DNA of 64,000 nucleotides from Antedon mediterranea (GCF_964355755.1 NC_092671.1:25990070-26054069), one strand, 5' to 3'; positions 25,901-37,079 are shown, counted from the stretch's first letter. Notes: generated by a model from the sequence alone, not told the origin. Program-made: numbers and translations.

Positions 25901-27537
25901 TTGTAATATTTCGACAAAATTAGCATTGTCCCATACGGCGCCCCGTAAATTAGGGGGACACTTCCGTTTTTGTTTAGTGTCCCAAAAAAGTCCCCGTCCG
26001 TGGATTCTACTGTATTCGAGAACCATCTGTGAGCACCCCTAGATGGTACGCGAGCGAAGCGAGCGTGCCATCTAGTAATAATAATAGGCCTAGAATTTTA
26101 ATAATATAATACTGTATAGGCAGACACAAACCAATGTATGTACCATCAGATTCACAAACAGTAACACACACACACAGCAGCAGCACTTTGTTGGTCGTCA
26201 CAAGCAAGGCCTAGCTAGCCTTGCCCTACGTACGTGTGCTTCAATGTAGTACATGTCCATCTACAGACAGTACTATTTTTTATTTTAATAAAATGAAGTA
26301 GTAGGTTAGAAATTATATGTACAGAAGTAACACTAACGGATGTTTTTATCAAGAAAATTACAATTTTCTTCAGGTTTTTAAGTGTAACATTTGAAAAATT
26401 GTATACATATAGGCCTAGGTATTAGTATTAGTAACATGTATTCTTGTAAGTTGTAATGTATAGAAACACATGCTTGCTTATAAAGCGTTTAATATTGTGT
26501 TAATTTAATAATTATTGATATCTTGGCCGGTGGAAATTTTGAATTAAAATGAACAATTTAAAAAAAAAAAATTATTTCAGAAACCATAATAAAAAAAATA
26601 AATCAAGAATATTGAATACAGAAAACCGATCTTCATGACAAGATGATAGTATCACATATAATTATAAGCTTCCTGGAAAATGTGTTACAGTATTATTAAA
26701 TGCATTTGTACTATTGCAGTCGTGTCAGTACCGTAATTGAATGTTTTTTACTTTGCATGTATTTTTTATGATTTTCAAAATTACATATACACATAATAAA
26801 CAATAATATTAGTTGTAGGCCTATAACTTAATTAAAACTCCAAAATTGCCTATATTAAAAGTCTGAAATCTTTATTTTTCAAGATTGGGGATAATTAATA
26901 ATACATACACCTTTAACGTAAAATTTCCATTACCTTACAATATAAATATTAATTTAATGATATTATTTTAAAGGGTATAAAAAACATACAATGTGCATAG
27001 GAATTCCTACTGTACATAACCATTTTAAATTCAAAAGTAATACCTTGCATAGGCTTACACAAGCTTGGCTATGTTGGCTAGGCTAGCCATGGGCTAGCTA
27101 CAATACCATAAACGATAAGAAAAGAGCCTCTCGTTCGTGACAAAAGGTCGTTCAACTTCAAAAAATAATATTTGATACGACCTACTATTGGGTCGTAGAC
27201 CTAAATATCTTCAATATGCTATTGGGTTTTTAATGTAATTACTAAGTAGGCCTAGTATTTATTAATTAATGTCAACAAAACTCGTATTTAGTGTAGATTC
27301 ATTTTATATGAGAGCCTGTGTGAAAGTATTAGCTCGCGGTTTGTAAATGTAAATTGTATTATATTGTCACGCATCAGTGAGCTGACTTTACCGAATACCG
27401 AAGAGAGTCGATTGAGTCCGAAACGAACCGATGGAGGAACTCTCGTACGGAAAAAACAAGCACGAATGTGCAATACTCGGGGTACAGCGAAAGAAGCTGT
27501 ATACAGACGTATACAGTTAGAAAGTTAAAGAAAAATA

Positions 27538-27608
27538 GGTTTCGCCAGGGCTCGAACCGGGACCTTCTGCGTGTTACGCAGACTTGACAACCACTACACT
27601 ACGAAACC
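27538..27608 (-). pseudogene. tRNA-Val(AAC)-like copy, type 1
   Basis: GGTTTCGTAGTGTAGTGG...TCTGC-GTAACAC-GCAGA...GGTTCGAGCC...CGAAACC; acceptor and anticodon stems intact, D and T stems damaged. Confidence 0.75.
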
Positions 27609-27816
27609 TCTTGCATTAAAATTGTGGGTTACAGAAAGTTTTTTAATTCATTTAAATTACAAATAAATGGTAATAAGCACAAAGCAAAATAAACATGTGT
27701 AAAAGTGATAATTACCGATTACACAAAATAAGTATTAAAAAAAATAATAATAAGATATACTGTGTATAATTATCATATTGCGTATACAGTACTTTTCACC
27801 ATAAAGTTAAAAAAAA

Positions 27817-27888
27817 GGTTTAGCCCGGGCTCGAACCAGGTACCTTCTGCGTATTGAGCAAACGTGATAACCACTACGCCAAGAAGCC
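27817..27888 (-). pseudogene. tRNA-Val-like copy, type 2 (degenerate)
   Basis: A and B boxes present; anticodon loop mutated; followed by a T-run. Confidence 0.65.
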
Positions 27889-28283
27889 GCATATAACTAC
27901 ATAACGCTGTGGTGTGTGTCACACATTGTGGCTTCTTAATTAAACAAATTAATTAACAAACAAGCACGAATGTGCAATACTCGGGGTACAGCGAAAGAAG
28001 CTGTAATGACGTAAAGACCGGATGTAACGTAACATACACATCAATAACCGCGCTACCAAATACGGCTATACGGTACCATCTTCGAGACGTGATATGGCTG
28101 CATCCGGTATGAAATTAAAAAATCCGGCTCTATAGCTTTGAGGACATGTCTCTGTAGTATATTCATGCTAAATCCGAGCTCAATACTACAACGAAAGAGA
28201 AGAGTATTTACCGATTACAGAAAATAAATATTTAAAAAAATAATAAAAATAAGATATACTGTGTATAATTATCATATTGCGTA

Positions 28284-28692
28284 AAGGACCCCTTGAAACT
28301 TTCATCCGTCGGGCTGGTAAAATGATTGGTCTGGAACTGCCTTCCTTTACCGATGTGCACCTAGAACACCTCCAGAAAGATTTCGATCGCATTGAGTCGG
28401 ATGCCTCTCATCCTCTCCACAAAGTAATCATAGACCAACTTAATCCAAGTGGTAGATTGAGGCTCCTCAGTGTGAAAACAAATCGATTTGCTAAATCCTT
28501 TATTCCCTCCGGTATCATCTAGTACAACAGGAAGTCAAGAAGATAATTTTATCTTGTAATTTTTTAGATGTTTTTATAAGAATGGTTTTATGCTATATTT
28601 ATTTTTATTGTGTGTTCTTTGTTATTATGATGAGCAATGAATTTCCTTTTTGAGGATCAATAAAAGTTATCTTATCTTATCTTATCTTATCT
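28284..28692 (+). mobile_element. 5'-truncated Rex1/Babar-like LINE 3' end
   Basis: IRRAGKMIG..LPS...DASHPLH...PSGRLR...TNRFAKSFIP C-terminal signature; AATAAA followed by a (TTATC)n tail; absent from sister repeats. Confidence 0.8.
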
Positions 28693-28728
28693 TATACACT
28701 ACTTTTCACCATAAAGTTAAAAAAAAAA

Positions 28729-28803
28729 GGTTTCGCCCGGGCTCGAACCAGGTACATTCTGCGTGTTTTTAAGTAAACATGATAACCACTACGCCAACAA
28801 GCC
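28729..28803 (-). pseudogene. tRNA-Val-like copy, type 2 (degenerate)
   Basis: Same family; insertion in the anticodon loop. Confidence 0.6.
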
Positions 28804-29185
28804 GCATATAACTACATAGCGCTGTGGTGTGTGTCACACATTGTGGCTTCCTAATTAAACAAATTAATTAACAAAAAAGCACGAATGTGCAATACTCGGG
28901 GTACAGAGAAAGAAGCTGTATATAGACGTATACAGTTAAAGTTAAAGAACAACAACCACTACACTACGAAACCTCTTACATTAAAAATGTGGGTTACAGA
29001 AAGTTTTTTAATCCATTTAAATTACAAATAAATGGTAATAAGCACAAAGCAAAATAAACATGTGTAAAAGTGATAATTACCGATTACACAAAATAAGTAT
29101 TTTAAAAAATAATAAAAATAAGATATACTCTGTATAATTATCATATTGCGTATACAGTACTTTTCACCATAAATTAAAAAAAAAA

Positions 29186-29257
29186 GGTTTCGTCCGGGCT
29201 CGAACCAGGTACCTTCTGCGTGTTAAGCAAACGTGATAACCACTACGCCAAGAATCC
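29186..29257 (-). pseudogene. tRNA-Val(AAC)-like copy, type 2
   Basis: GGATTCTTGGCGTAGTGGTTATCACGTTTGCTTAACACGCAGAAGGTACCTGGTTCGAGCCCGGACGAAACC; two acceptor-stem mismatches; T-run terminator. Confidence 0.75.
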
Positions 29258-29617
29258 GCATATAACCATATAACTACATAACGCTGTGGTGTGTGTCACA
29301 CATTGTGGCTTCTTAATTAAACAAATTAATTAACAAAAAATTAAAAATCCGGCTCTATAGCTTTGAGGACATGTCCCTGTAGTATGTTCATGCCAAATCC
29401 CAGCTCAATACTATAACGAATAAGGGAGGAGTAGTACTTTAAAAATCGCACTTTTTACTCAATAGTGTCCAGATGGAGGAAGAGAAGGAGAAAATGAGTA
29501 AGTACTAGACTCGGGTACCCCGAGTAAAAAGCACGAATGTGCAATACTCGGGGTACAGCGAAAGAAGCTTTATACAGACGTATACAGTTATTTCACCATA
29601 AAGTAAAAGAAACCCGA

Positions 29618-29689
29618 GGTTTCGCCTCGGCTCGAACTGGGACCTTCTGCGTGTTAAGCAGACTTGACAACCACTACACTACGAAAACC
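29618..29689 (-). pseudogene. tRNA-Val(AAC)-like copy, type 1
   Basis: TCTGC-TTAACAC-GCAGA anticodon arm; D and T stems mismatched. Confidence 0.72.
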
Positions 29690-29904
29690 ACTTACACTAA
29701 AAATGTGGGTTACAGAAAGTTTTTTAATCCATTTAAATTACAAATAAATATGGTAATAAGCACAAAGAAAAATAAACATGTGTAAAAGTGATAATTACCG
29801 ATTACACAAAATAAGTATTTAAAAAAATAATAAAGATAAGATATACTGTGTATAATTATCATATTGCGTATAGAGTACTTTTCACCATAAAGTTTAAAAA
29901 AAAA

Positions 29905-29976
29905 GGTTTCGTCCGGGCTCGAACCAGGTACCTTCTGCGTGTTAAGCAAACGTGATAATCACTACGCCAAGAATCC
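29905..29976 (-). pseudogene. tRNA-Val(AAC)-like copy, type 2
   Basis: Near-identical to 29186-29257. Confidence 0.72.
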
Positions 29977-30259
29977 GCATATAACCATATAACTACATAA
30001 CGCTGTGGTGTGTGTCACACATTGTGGCTTCTTAATTAAACAAATTAATTAACAAAAAATTAAAAATCCGGCTCTATAGATTTGAGGACATGTCCCTGTA
30101 GTATGTTCATGCCAAATCCCAGCTCAATACTACAACGAATAAGGGAGGAGTAGTACTTTAAAAATCGCACTTTTTACTCAATAGTGTCCAGATGGAGGAA
30201 GAAGAGGAGAAAATGAGTAAGTCCTAGACTCGGGTACCCCGAGTAAAAATCGCATCCGG

Positions 30260-31297
30260 TAAAGTGTACAGCAGTACAGACTTTTTGGTGTTGTTAATGA
30301 AGCAACAAATACAACAACAGAGTCTTCTGATACAGCAGATGATGGATAACCAAGAACGTTTACATCGGGAAGATATTGAAAGGAAAGAAGGTCTATGTCG
30401 GAAAGATATGACGGTCTGTACGGACGGAATTTTATTTAGGCATGTTTTTACTAAACACCAGACAGAACCCATAGAGAAATTAGTGGTTTTATATCCTTGC
30501 AGTAATAGTGTTTTGAAATTTTCACATGATGTTTCATTGAAAGAGTATTGTAAAGCCTCAAAGTATAAAACTAAATTTAAGGCCCCGATGATTCCTATGT
30601 CAGTAATTGTTAGTGAACCATTCCGACAAATTTACATGAATATTGTTGGTTCATTATTAGTAATTATTAATAATTATTTTCTATGTTATTATGGTGTAAT
30701 TAAGTTTTATAGACTAGGAGTGGGTTAAGTTTTGACACGTCCGTGTATAATAGCCCCTCAAAACTCCAAGGAAGAGTTTTGAGCTCAGAAAGAGGGGGGA
30801 GTGTAATAAATTACCATTTATATAGAGTAACATAGTATTTACATGAACATTCTAGAATAAGATGTTTTGATTTAAGAAACCATGTGTAATTAATAAGAAC
30901 AATCAAGAACATTCCAGTATGCTATTAATAGAAACTGTAATCAATAGAATAAGAAGAAGTATAAGGAATGATATAGAAGGTTATGAACATATTGTATATA
31001 AGGGGAAGTATGACAATTGTAAGAGGGAGAAGGATTTTTGATTGAAGCATTTATTTTGAAGAAGGTTGTTGGATTAGAGGTTGGATTAGAGGTTGGATAT
31101 TATATTGTAAAGTTATTGTGAAGCTGTTGTTTAAAGTGCTTACTGGATTGTTAAAAGTTGAAGTTGATTGAAATTAAAGCTTTGTTTTGAGTTATTTTTA
31201 CAACTTTGTGGATTTTGTGTGTATACTTTTATGTCACAAGGGAGTTCCTAAAGTATTTTCAACCGCTCGGAAACATACGTGAGAGGAGTTCGTGACG
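30260..31297 (+). mobile_element. Gypsy-like LTR retrotransposon remnant (deleted internal region, PPT and putative 3' LTR 30802-31297)
   Basis: Integrase-like fragments KLVV...VLKFSHD and KAPMIPM...EPFRQIYMNIVG; PPT AGAAAGAGGGGGGAG directly followed by TGTAAT. Confidence 0.65.
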
Positions 31298-31448
31298 CTA
31301 TACAAAATATTTACTCGCATACAGCTCAGGAAAAGATCGGTAATTTGACTAGAGTACCACGTGAGGAGGACCTGTGGTGTAGGCTTAAGTACTCACTTTT
31401 TTATATTGTTTATACAATTTGGTGAGGGTGGGATTAGCCTACCAGTAA

Positions 31449-31584
31449 AGCTTGGTTCCCACTCGCAACGTAAGTGATTTGACCAATCATAAGCGATGGA
31501 TTATTCGAACAGTAGCTTGTCATTGGTCAACTCGCTTGCGTTGCACGTACGTCCTTGTGTTGCGTCTCCAGTGGGAACCACGCT
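31449..31584. mobile_element. Old ~135-bp MITE (PIF/Harbinger-like) embedded in the U5 spacer; best-preserved copy
   Basis: AAAGCTTGGTTCCCACT ... AGTGGGAACCACGCTTT inverted termini; present whole or truncated in most units; TSD ambiguous. Confidence 0.6.
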
Positions 31585-31629
31585 TTAGTGAAAGTTCTAT
31601 CCTATACGTTGTATGCCTATACATACATA

Positions 31630-31673
31630 CTTTAACTCAATTTTTCTCAACCCTTGTTTTTTGAACGAGGGTA
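31630..31673 (+). pseudogene. U5: U5 variant A 3' fragment
   Basis: Only the Sm-like site and 3' hairpin remain after a deletion. Confidence 0.75.
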
Positions 31674-32163
31674 ATTATGAAGTGTTAATGTCAGAAATGT
31701 AATTATTATCAAGACAGGCTACGAGTTATACATTTATATTCAAATGTGATTTTTAGAATACACTATACTTGGTCATAATGACAGTACCCGTTTATGATGT
31801 GATTTTTTTTATTGAAATCCTAGGCCTAACGAATTACTAATAATTTAATAAATAATGATAATTCAATTGTTTTCAACACACTATTGTACCGTATTTCATT
31901 GAACGCTGTGTTACGTAACAACAAACGCGATTATCAACTTTAATAACTATTTCAAATATGCAAATGAAGGCATGGTTTTTGTACTTTTTTTCAATGGTTA
32001 GTCAATATTTACGTTACTATTTTTTTTAAATAATAGTTTAATTTATATTACAGGACTTTGGATTTGTGGTGCTAAAAACTCCAAAACAGGTTCACCATTG
32101 TTTCTAACTTTTGTTAATAATACACACTATTTCAAACCTACTTATTTCGATAGGTAATTGTAT

Positions 32164-32233
32164 ACTAAAGATTTCCGTGTAGAGGAACAAGTATTGAGTT
32201 TCTACTCAATTTTTCTCAACCCTTGTACCTCTA
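32164..32233 (+). pseudogene. U5: U5 variant B fragment (5'-deleted, 3' hairpin interrupted by a transposon)
   Basis: ACTAAAGATTTCC...CCTTGTACCTCTA, resuming as AGGGTAA at ~34400. Confidence 0.75.
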
Positions 32234-34395
32234 CAGTGGGAAAGCCACTTCGCGTTTTGACCGTTAAATCGTGTAAAATCGACTTACTTCCGCATTGACG
32301 GTTTTGAAGCGCCACCTATCGTCGAAAACTGAAACCACGATTTTTCGTCGCCTAGCAAATAAGTGCTGTTTTATTTTAAGCTCTCATAAATATTTAAGAC
32401 CCGCCCAACATTACCTATTATGGTAAAAGCATTTCCTAATAAGTATTATTGAATAACCAATCGGTTTTCTTCAAAGAAACCGAAGCTAATACAATACATT
32501 CGGCGACTGAAGTCGGGACTCGTGAAATTTATAAATGTGGTACGATTTGACTACTGTTTTGTTGTCCATTTTCTGAATAGTCGGAGGTGCATCCCAACAA
32601 ATTAAAACAATTATAATCAATTGTTTTATCAAGAATAATATTAGTTTAATCGAGTATGATATATTTCTATCCTGTTCAAAATTTGTTGGTGTATTCTCAG
32701 GCCTCGAAAGGTAGGTACATTTTCTAGCTGTGAGCGTGGTTTCGGCAACGCGAGACACGTGTGTCAGTATAGGCAATAGCGAGACGTGTGTTGTACTGTA
32801 CTGTGTTTACGAGTATCATTGGTCCTGGCCGGCCTAGCCTGGTGATCTGATCCCCGCAAAAAAAAAACCTTTTTTTCAATCAGTATTAATATTATTATTT
32901 TATTTTTCATTTATTATTTGATTTATTAGGCTCAATAGATGCCTAGCAGGCTACTAGTACTAGTAGTAGGCCTAGATTATATAAATAATAATAGTAAATA
33001 CTGTAATTTAATTAATAAAATACAGCTTCCATTTGCCTTACTTTTATGTCATCATATAATATTATATTATAATTATATATACAACCAGACATTAACATTT
33101 TTTTAAAATAATATTTATTATTTTTTCTGACACTTTCAGGAATCGTTGATGATGCAGAGTTCTTTGTCTTTGTGACTTCAAACTGAGAGTGAAGTGGATA
33201 AAAAGATGACACCGGTACCTATCGACATTGTCATACCCAAACTATAATTTAATTATTTAAAACAACATGTTGAATTACAAATATATATGTATGTTGCAGA
33301 GGATTTAGATGAATTACAATACAAATATTTATGTTGAATGCAAACCTACTACACTATACTCTGTAAATTATGTTATTGTCATGTGGTAGACCTTAAAAAT
33401 TGAATATTTATTGTATTTTAGGCCTATTTTATATTTTATTAATACTGTATTAGTTTAATATTACTATTATTATTATACTTTCTATTATACACAGTACTAG
33501 TTTGTAGTTAGTTTGTTTTTACCCCAAAAAAATGAATAAATAATTTGTTATTCAATCTAATTGCTTGTTTGTTCATCAATAACAAAACAATTGTAAGCAA
33601 GTATATAACAGTTCTTGTTAGCCGCTTATTTCAGGTCATATTATTAATATTAGCTAGGCCCGACGCGCCCGATCACGTCACTAAGTGACTTTCCGCCCCT
33701 GGAACAATCGGTCGCTAATAGGGCTAGGCCTCGGACTCGTATAAAAGCTATTATAATAGTTATGATAAATATTCCTCAACTAAAATGTATACTGTGATAA
33801 ATAAACAAGTAATAATATACGTTGTATTGGAATGTATTTATTTATATGAATTCTTATACGCGGACAATTATAAACATCGCGTATATCGTTCGATATAAAT
33901 AAATTCATAAACACGATGACGATGTGTTTACAAAATGGCGGTTTCGCTAGTTTTCGATGGAACAAATAGTGGTACCTTTAGTTTGAATAGTCGGAGCTGC
34001 ATCCCAACCACCGAATTTTGTATCTTAATATCGTATTCTGTAGATTATTAATTTTTCTAACAGGGATTTTAAATTCAGGACTGTTCAATTTTTCTAATTT
34101 TATTTTAATGATTTTCTAGGGTAGGCCTACAATTTCGAAAAAAAGACATTGGTTGATTTTGCCGTTAAATTACAGATTATCGTTTTGTTCAAATACATTT
34201 AATTTTACATGACAATATATTAAAACCATTTATGAATTTATTTCACTAACAATATTTTTCCGATAATCAGCTAAATTTACAAATATTGTGTTTTTCCAAC
34301 ACCCTAAAATTTAGCAATTTTGAACTAAATTAGAAAAGTAGGGCGCCCTCTCCGAGTCGAAATTTGACACGATTTGTCGACTGGCTGTCCCACTG
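32234..34395. mobile_element. Non-autonomous TIR DNA transposon (2162 bp), 4-bp TSD TCTA
   Basis: CAGTGGGAAAGCCA...TGGCTGTCCCACTG; TCTA at 32230-32233 and 34396-34399; internal direct repeat TGAATAGTCGGAG(G/C)TGCATCCCAAC. Confidence 0.82.
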
Positions 34396-35244
34396 TCTAA
34401 GGGTAATTTATGAAATTAAGAATAGAATAAATAAATATTTTTATTAAGTAGGCCTATACAAAATATTTACTCGCATACAGCTCAGGAAAAGGTTGGTGAT
34501 TTGACTAGAGTTCCACGTGAGGAGTACCTGTGGTGTAGGCTTAAGTACTCACTTTTTAACATTGTTTATATAATTTGGTGAGGGTGGGATTACCAGTAAA
34601 GCTTGGTTCCCACTCGCAACGTAATTGATTTGACCAATCATAAGCGATGGATTATTCGAACAGTAGTTTGTCATCATTGGTCAACTCGCTTGCGTTGCAC
34701 GTACGAAGGTAAATAAATTAATGTTATTGTTGGTATGGTAGTGTGGCAACTCGTTGGTACGAGCAACGCATGTACGCACCACGCAGAAATTACGGACGCA
34801 CATGAAATCTTAAGCACGCAACAACACGATCGGCGAAAACTTAAAATAATTGAGAATTTCAAGAAAGCTTTGCCATCGATACTAAATATCAAGAAAGAGA
34901 ATAATACATTGTTGCAATGGACTATTCAGTCGTAATTATTTTGTCATTTTGTTAAAACTCTGTCTTAAATTTTACGAAATGGCAGCAAAATTGTCACCTG
35001 GAAAAATTAATTTGAATACGCAAATAATTAGCATTGTTTCAACAGTTTTCAACTTGAAATATTTTAACTACAATTAGGCCTATTCTTCTTACTATTAACA
35101 AGTTTAACACTTTTTGTTATGCTATATTTAGTTTATCTTACAACGCTTTTAAAATCTCTTACAATATCAGTTGGTTAATAACCAACACCTATGTATTGCG
35201 ATGTGGAATGACATACATATACTGTAAGTGACGTATTTGTCTGT

Positions 35245-35364
35245 ACTCTGGTTTCTCTGCATCACGCATAAATCTTTCGCCTTTTACTAAAGATTTCCGT
35301 GTAGAGGAACAACTATTGAGTTTTAACTCAATTTTTCTCTACCCTTGTTTTTTGAACGAGTGTA
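35245..35364 (+). ncRNA. U5: U5 snRNA variant A (3' hairpin mismatch)
   Basis: U5 core; CGAGTGT instead of CGAGGGT. Confidence 0.87.
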
Positions 35365-35820
35365 ATTATGAAGTGTTAATGTCAGAAATGTAATTATTAT
35401 CAAGACAGGCTACGAGATATACATCTATATTCAAATGTGATTTGTAGAATACACTTTATTTGATCATAATGGCAGTATCCGTTATGATATAATTTTTTTT
35501 ATTGAAATCATAGGCCTAACACATTACAAATAATTAAGTAATGATAATTTAATAGTTTTCAACACACTATTGTACCGTATTTCATTGAACGCTGTGTTAC
35601 GTAACAACAAACGTGATTTTCAACTTCAATAACTATTTCAAATATGCAAATGAAGGCATGATTTTTGTACTTTTTTGCAATGATTATTCAATATTTACGT
35701 TACTATTTTTTTTTATAATAGTTTAATTTATTTTACGGGACTTTGGATTTGTGGTGCTAAAAACTCCAAAACAGGTTCACCATATTTTCTAACTTTTGTT
35801 AATAATACACACTATTTCAA

Positions 35821-35859
35821 ACCTATTTATTTCGATAGGTAATTGCATACATATACCGT
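35821..35859 (+). promoter_or_regulatory. Candidate snRNA proximal sequence element (B type; representative copy)
   Basis: Lies at -57 to -19 of U5; 31/39 identical to the A-type motif at the same position. Confidence 0.6.
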
Positions 35860-35877
35860 TGTCGCATGTTTTTCTTC

Positions 35878-35996
35878 ACTCTGGTTTCTCTGCATCACGC
35901 ATAAATCTTTCGCCTTTTACTAAAGATTTCCGTGTAGAGGAACAACTATTGAGTTTTAACTCAATTTTTCTCAACCCTTGTATCTCTATAAGGGTA
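35878..35996 (+). ncRNA. U5: U5 snRNA variant B
   Basis: U5 core; B hairpin. Confidence 0.92.
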
Positions 35997-37040
35997 ATTT
36001 ATGAAATTAAGAATAGAATAAATAAATATTTTTATTAATTAGGCCTATACAAAATATTTACTGGCATACAGCTCAGGAAAAGGTCGGTGATTTGACTAGA
36101 GTACAACATGAGGAGGACCTGTGGTGTAGGCTTAAGTACTCACTTTTTTATATTTTTTATACAATTTGGTGAGGATGGGATTAGCCTACCAGTAAAGCTT
36201 GGTTCCCACTTGCAACGTAAGTGATTTGACCAATCATAAGCGATGGATTATTCGAACAGTAGCTTGTCATTGGTCAACTCGCTTGCATTGCACGTACATC
36301 CTTGTGTTGCGTCTCTAGTGAGAACCACGCTTTAGTGAAAGTTCTATCCTATATGTTGTATGCCTACATACTTTATTTTGGAATCATTGTAGAGGTCTAA
36401 CATTAATATGCTGTAAATCAACGGCTCAATGTAAATTGTAAAACCTACCATCGGCATGACATCAACTTTGTTTGATCTCCGCCAGAAAATCTTAAGAATT
36501 CGCTTTAACTTTCTAATTTTTGTAAAAAGTACTTGTCGAGCAGCAAAAGCAATACAGAATGTAAATACATTAATGTTATTGTTGGTATGGTAGGTGTGGC
36601 AACTCGTTGGTACGAGCAACGCATGTACGCACCACGCAGAAATTGCGCGACGCACATTAAATCTTAAGCACGCAACAACACGATCGGTGAAAACTTAAAA
36701 TAATTGGGAATTTCAAGAAAGCTTTGCGATTGATACTAAATATCAAGAAAGAGAATAATACATTGTTGCAATGGACTATTCAGTCGTAATTATTTTGTCA
36801 TTTTGTTAAAACTCTGTCTTAAATTTTACGAAATGGCAGCAAAATTGTCACCTGGAAAAATTAATTTGAATACGCAAATAATTAGCATTGTTTCAACAGT
36901 TTTCAACTTGAAATATTTTAACTACAATTAGGCCTATTCTTCTTACTATTAACAAGTTTAACACTTTTTGTAATGCTATATTTAGTTTATCTTACAACGC
37001 TTTTAAAATCTCTTACAATATCAGTTGGTTAATAACCAAC

Positions 37041-37079
37041 ACCTATGTATTGCGATGTGGAATGACATACATATACTGT
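37041..37079 (+). promoter_or_regulatory. Candidate snRNA proximal sequence element (A type; representative copy)
   Basis: ACCTATGTATTGCGATGTGGAATGACATACATATACTGT at -58 to -20 of U5. Confidence 0.6.

Larger units (their letters stand above)
22643..25947. mobile_element. Foldback-type non-autonomous DNA transposon with IS3EU-like termini
   Basis: TACGGGGCGCCGT...ACGGCGCCCCGTA termini; 6-bp TSD AATTAG (22637-22642 and 25948-25953); ~630-670-bp TIRs built of 20-bp tandem repeats. Confidence 0.85.
21038..26075 (+). mobile_element. Non-autonomous Helitron
   Basis: 5' A|TCTATATATA; 3' hairpin ATGGTACGC-GAGCGAAGCGA-GCGTGCCAT followed by CTAG|T; removing it restores a (TAA)n run with no TSD. Confidence 0.72.
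27455..30245 (-). mobile_element. Tandem DINE-1/HINE-like non-autonomous Helentron copies carrying tRNA-Val-like sequences
   Basis: Minus strand: T-run, subTIR TACTCGGGGTAC with adjacent inverted repeat (hairpins 29509-29525 and 30228-30244), 3' subTIR GTACCCCGAGTA, GCAC-ATTC-GTGC hairpin, then TTGTTT; inserted in a T-run with no TSD. Confidence 0.78.
20801..30259. mobile_element. Outer non-autonomous TIR element (CCGG termini, ~100-bp TIR) hosting nested insertions
   Basis: 20801-20901 is the inverted match of 27365-27456 plus 30245-30259; the right TIR is split in its A-run by the HINE array; TSD unclear. Confidence 0.65.

Noticed and set aside
27398-27435. CCGAAGA...GAAAC as a hammerhead ribozyme
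   Set aside because: No pairing stem II between the motifs; it is part of the outer element's TIR.
27538-29976. Functional tRNA-Val genes
   Set aside because: Each copy has mismatches in the acceptor, D or T stems, or anticodon-loop changes; called pseudogenes pending tRNAscan-SE.
36515-36522. AATTTTTG in the spacer as the Sm site of another snRNA or SL RNA
   Set aside because: No convincing flanking hairpins or PSE-like motif, deleted in many units, and expected by chance in AT-rich DNA.
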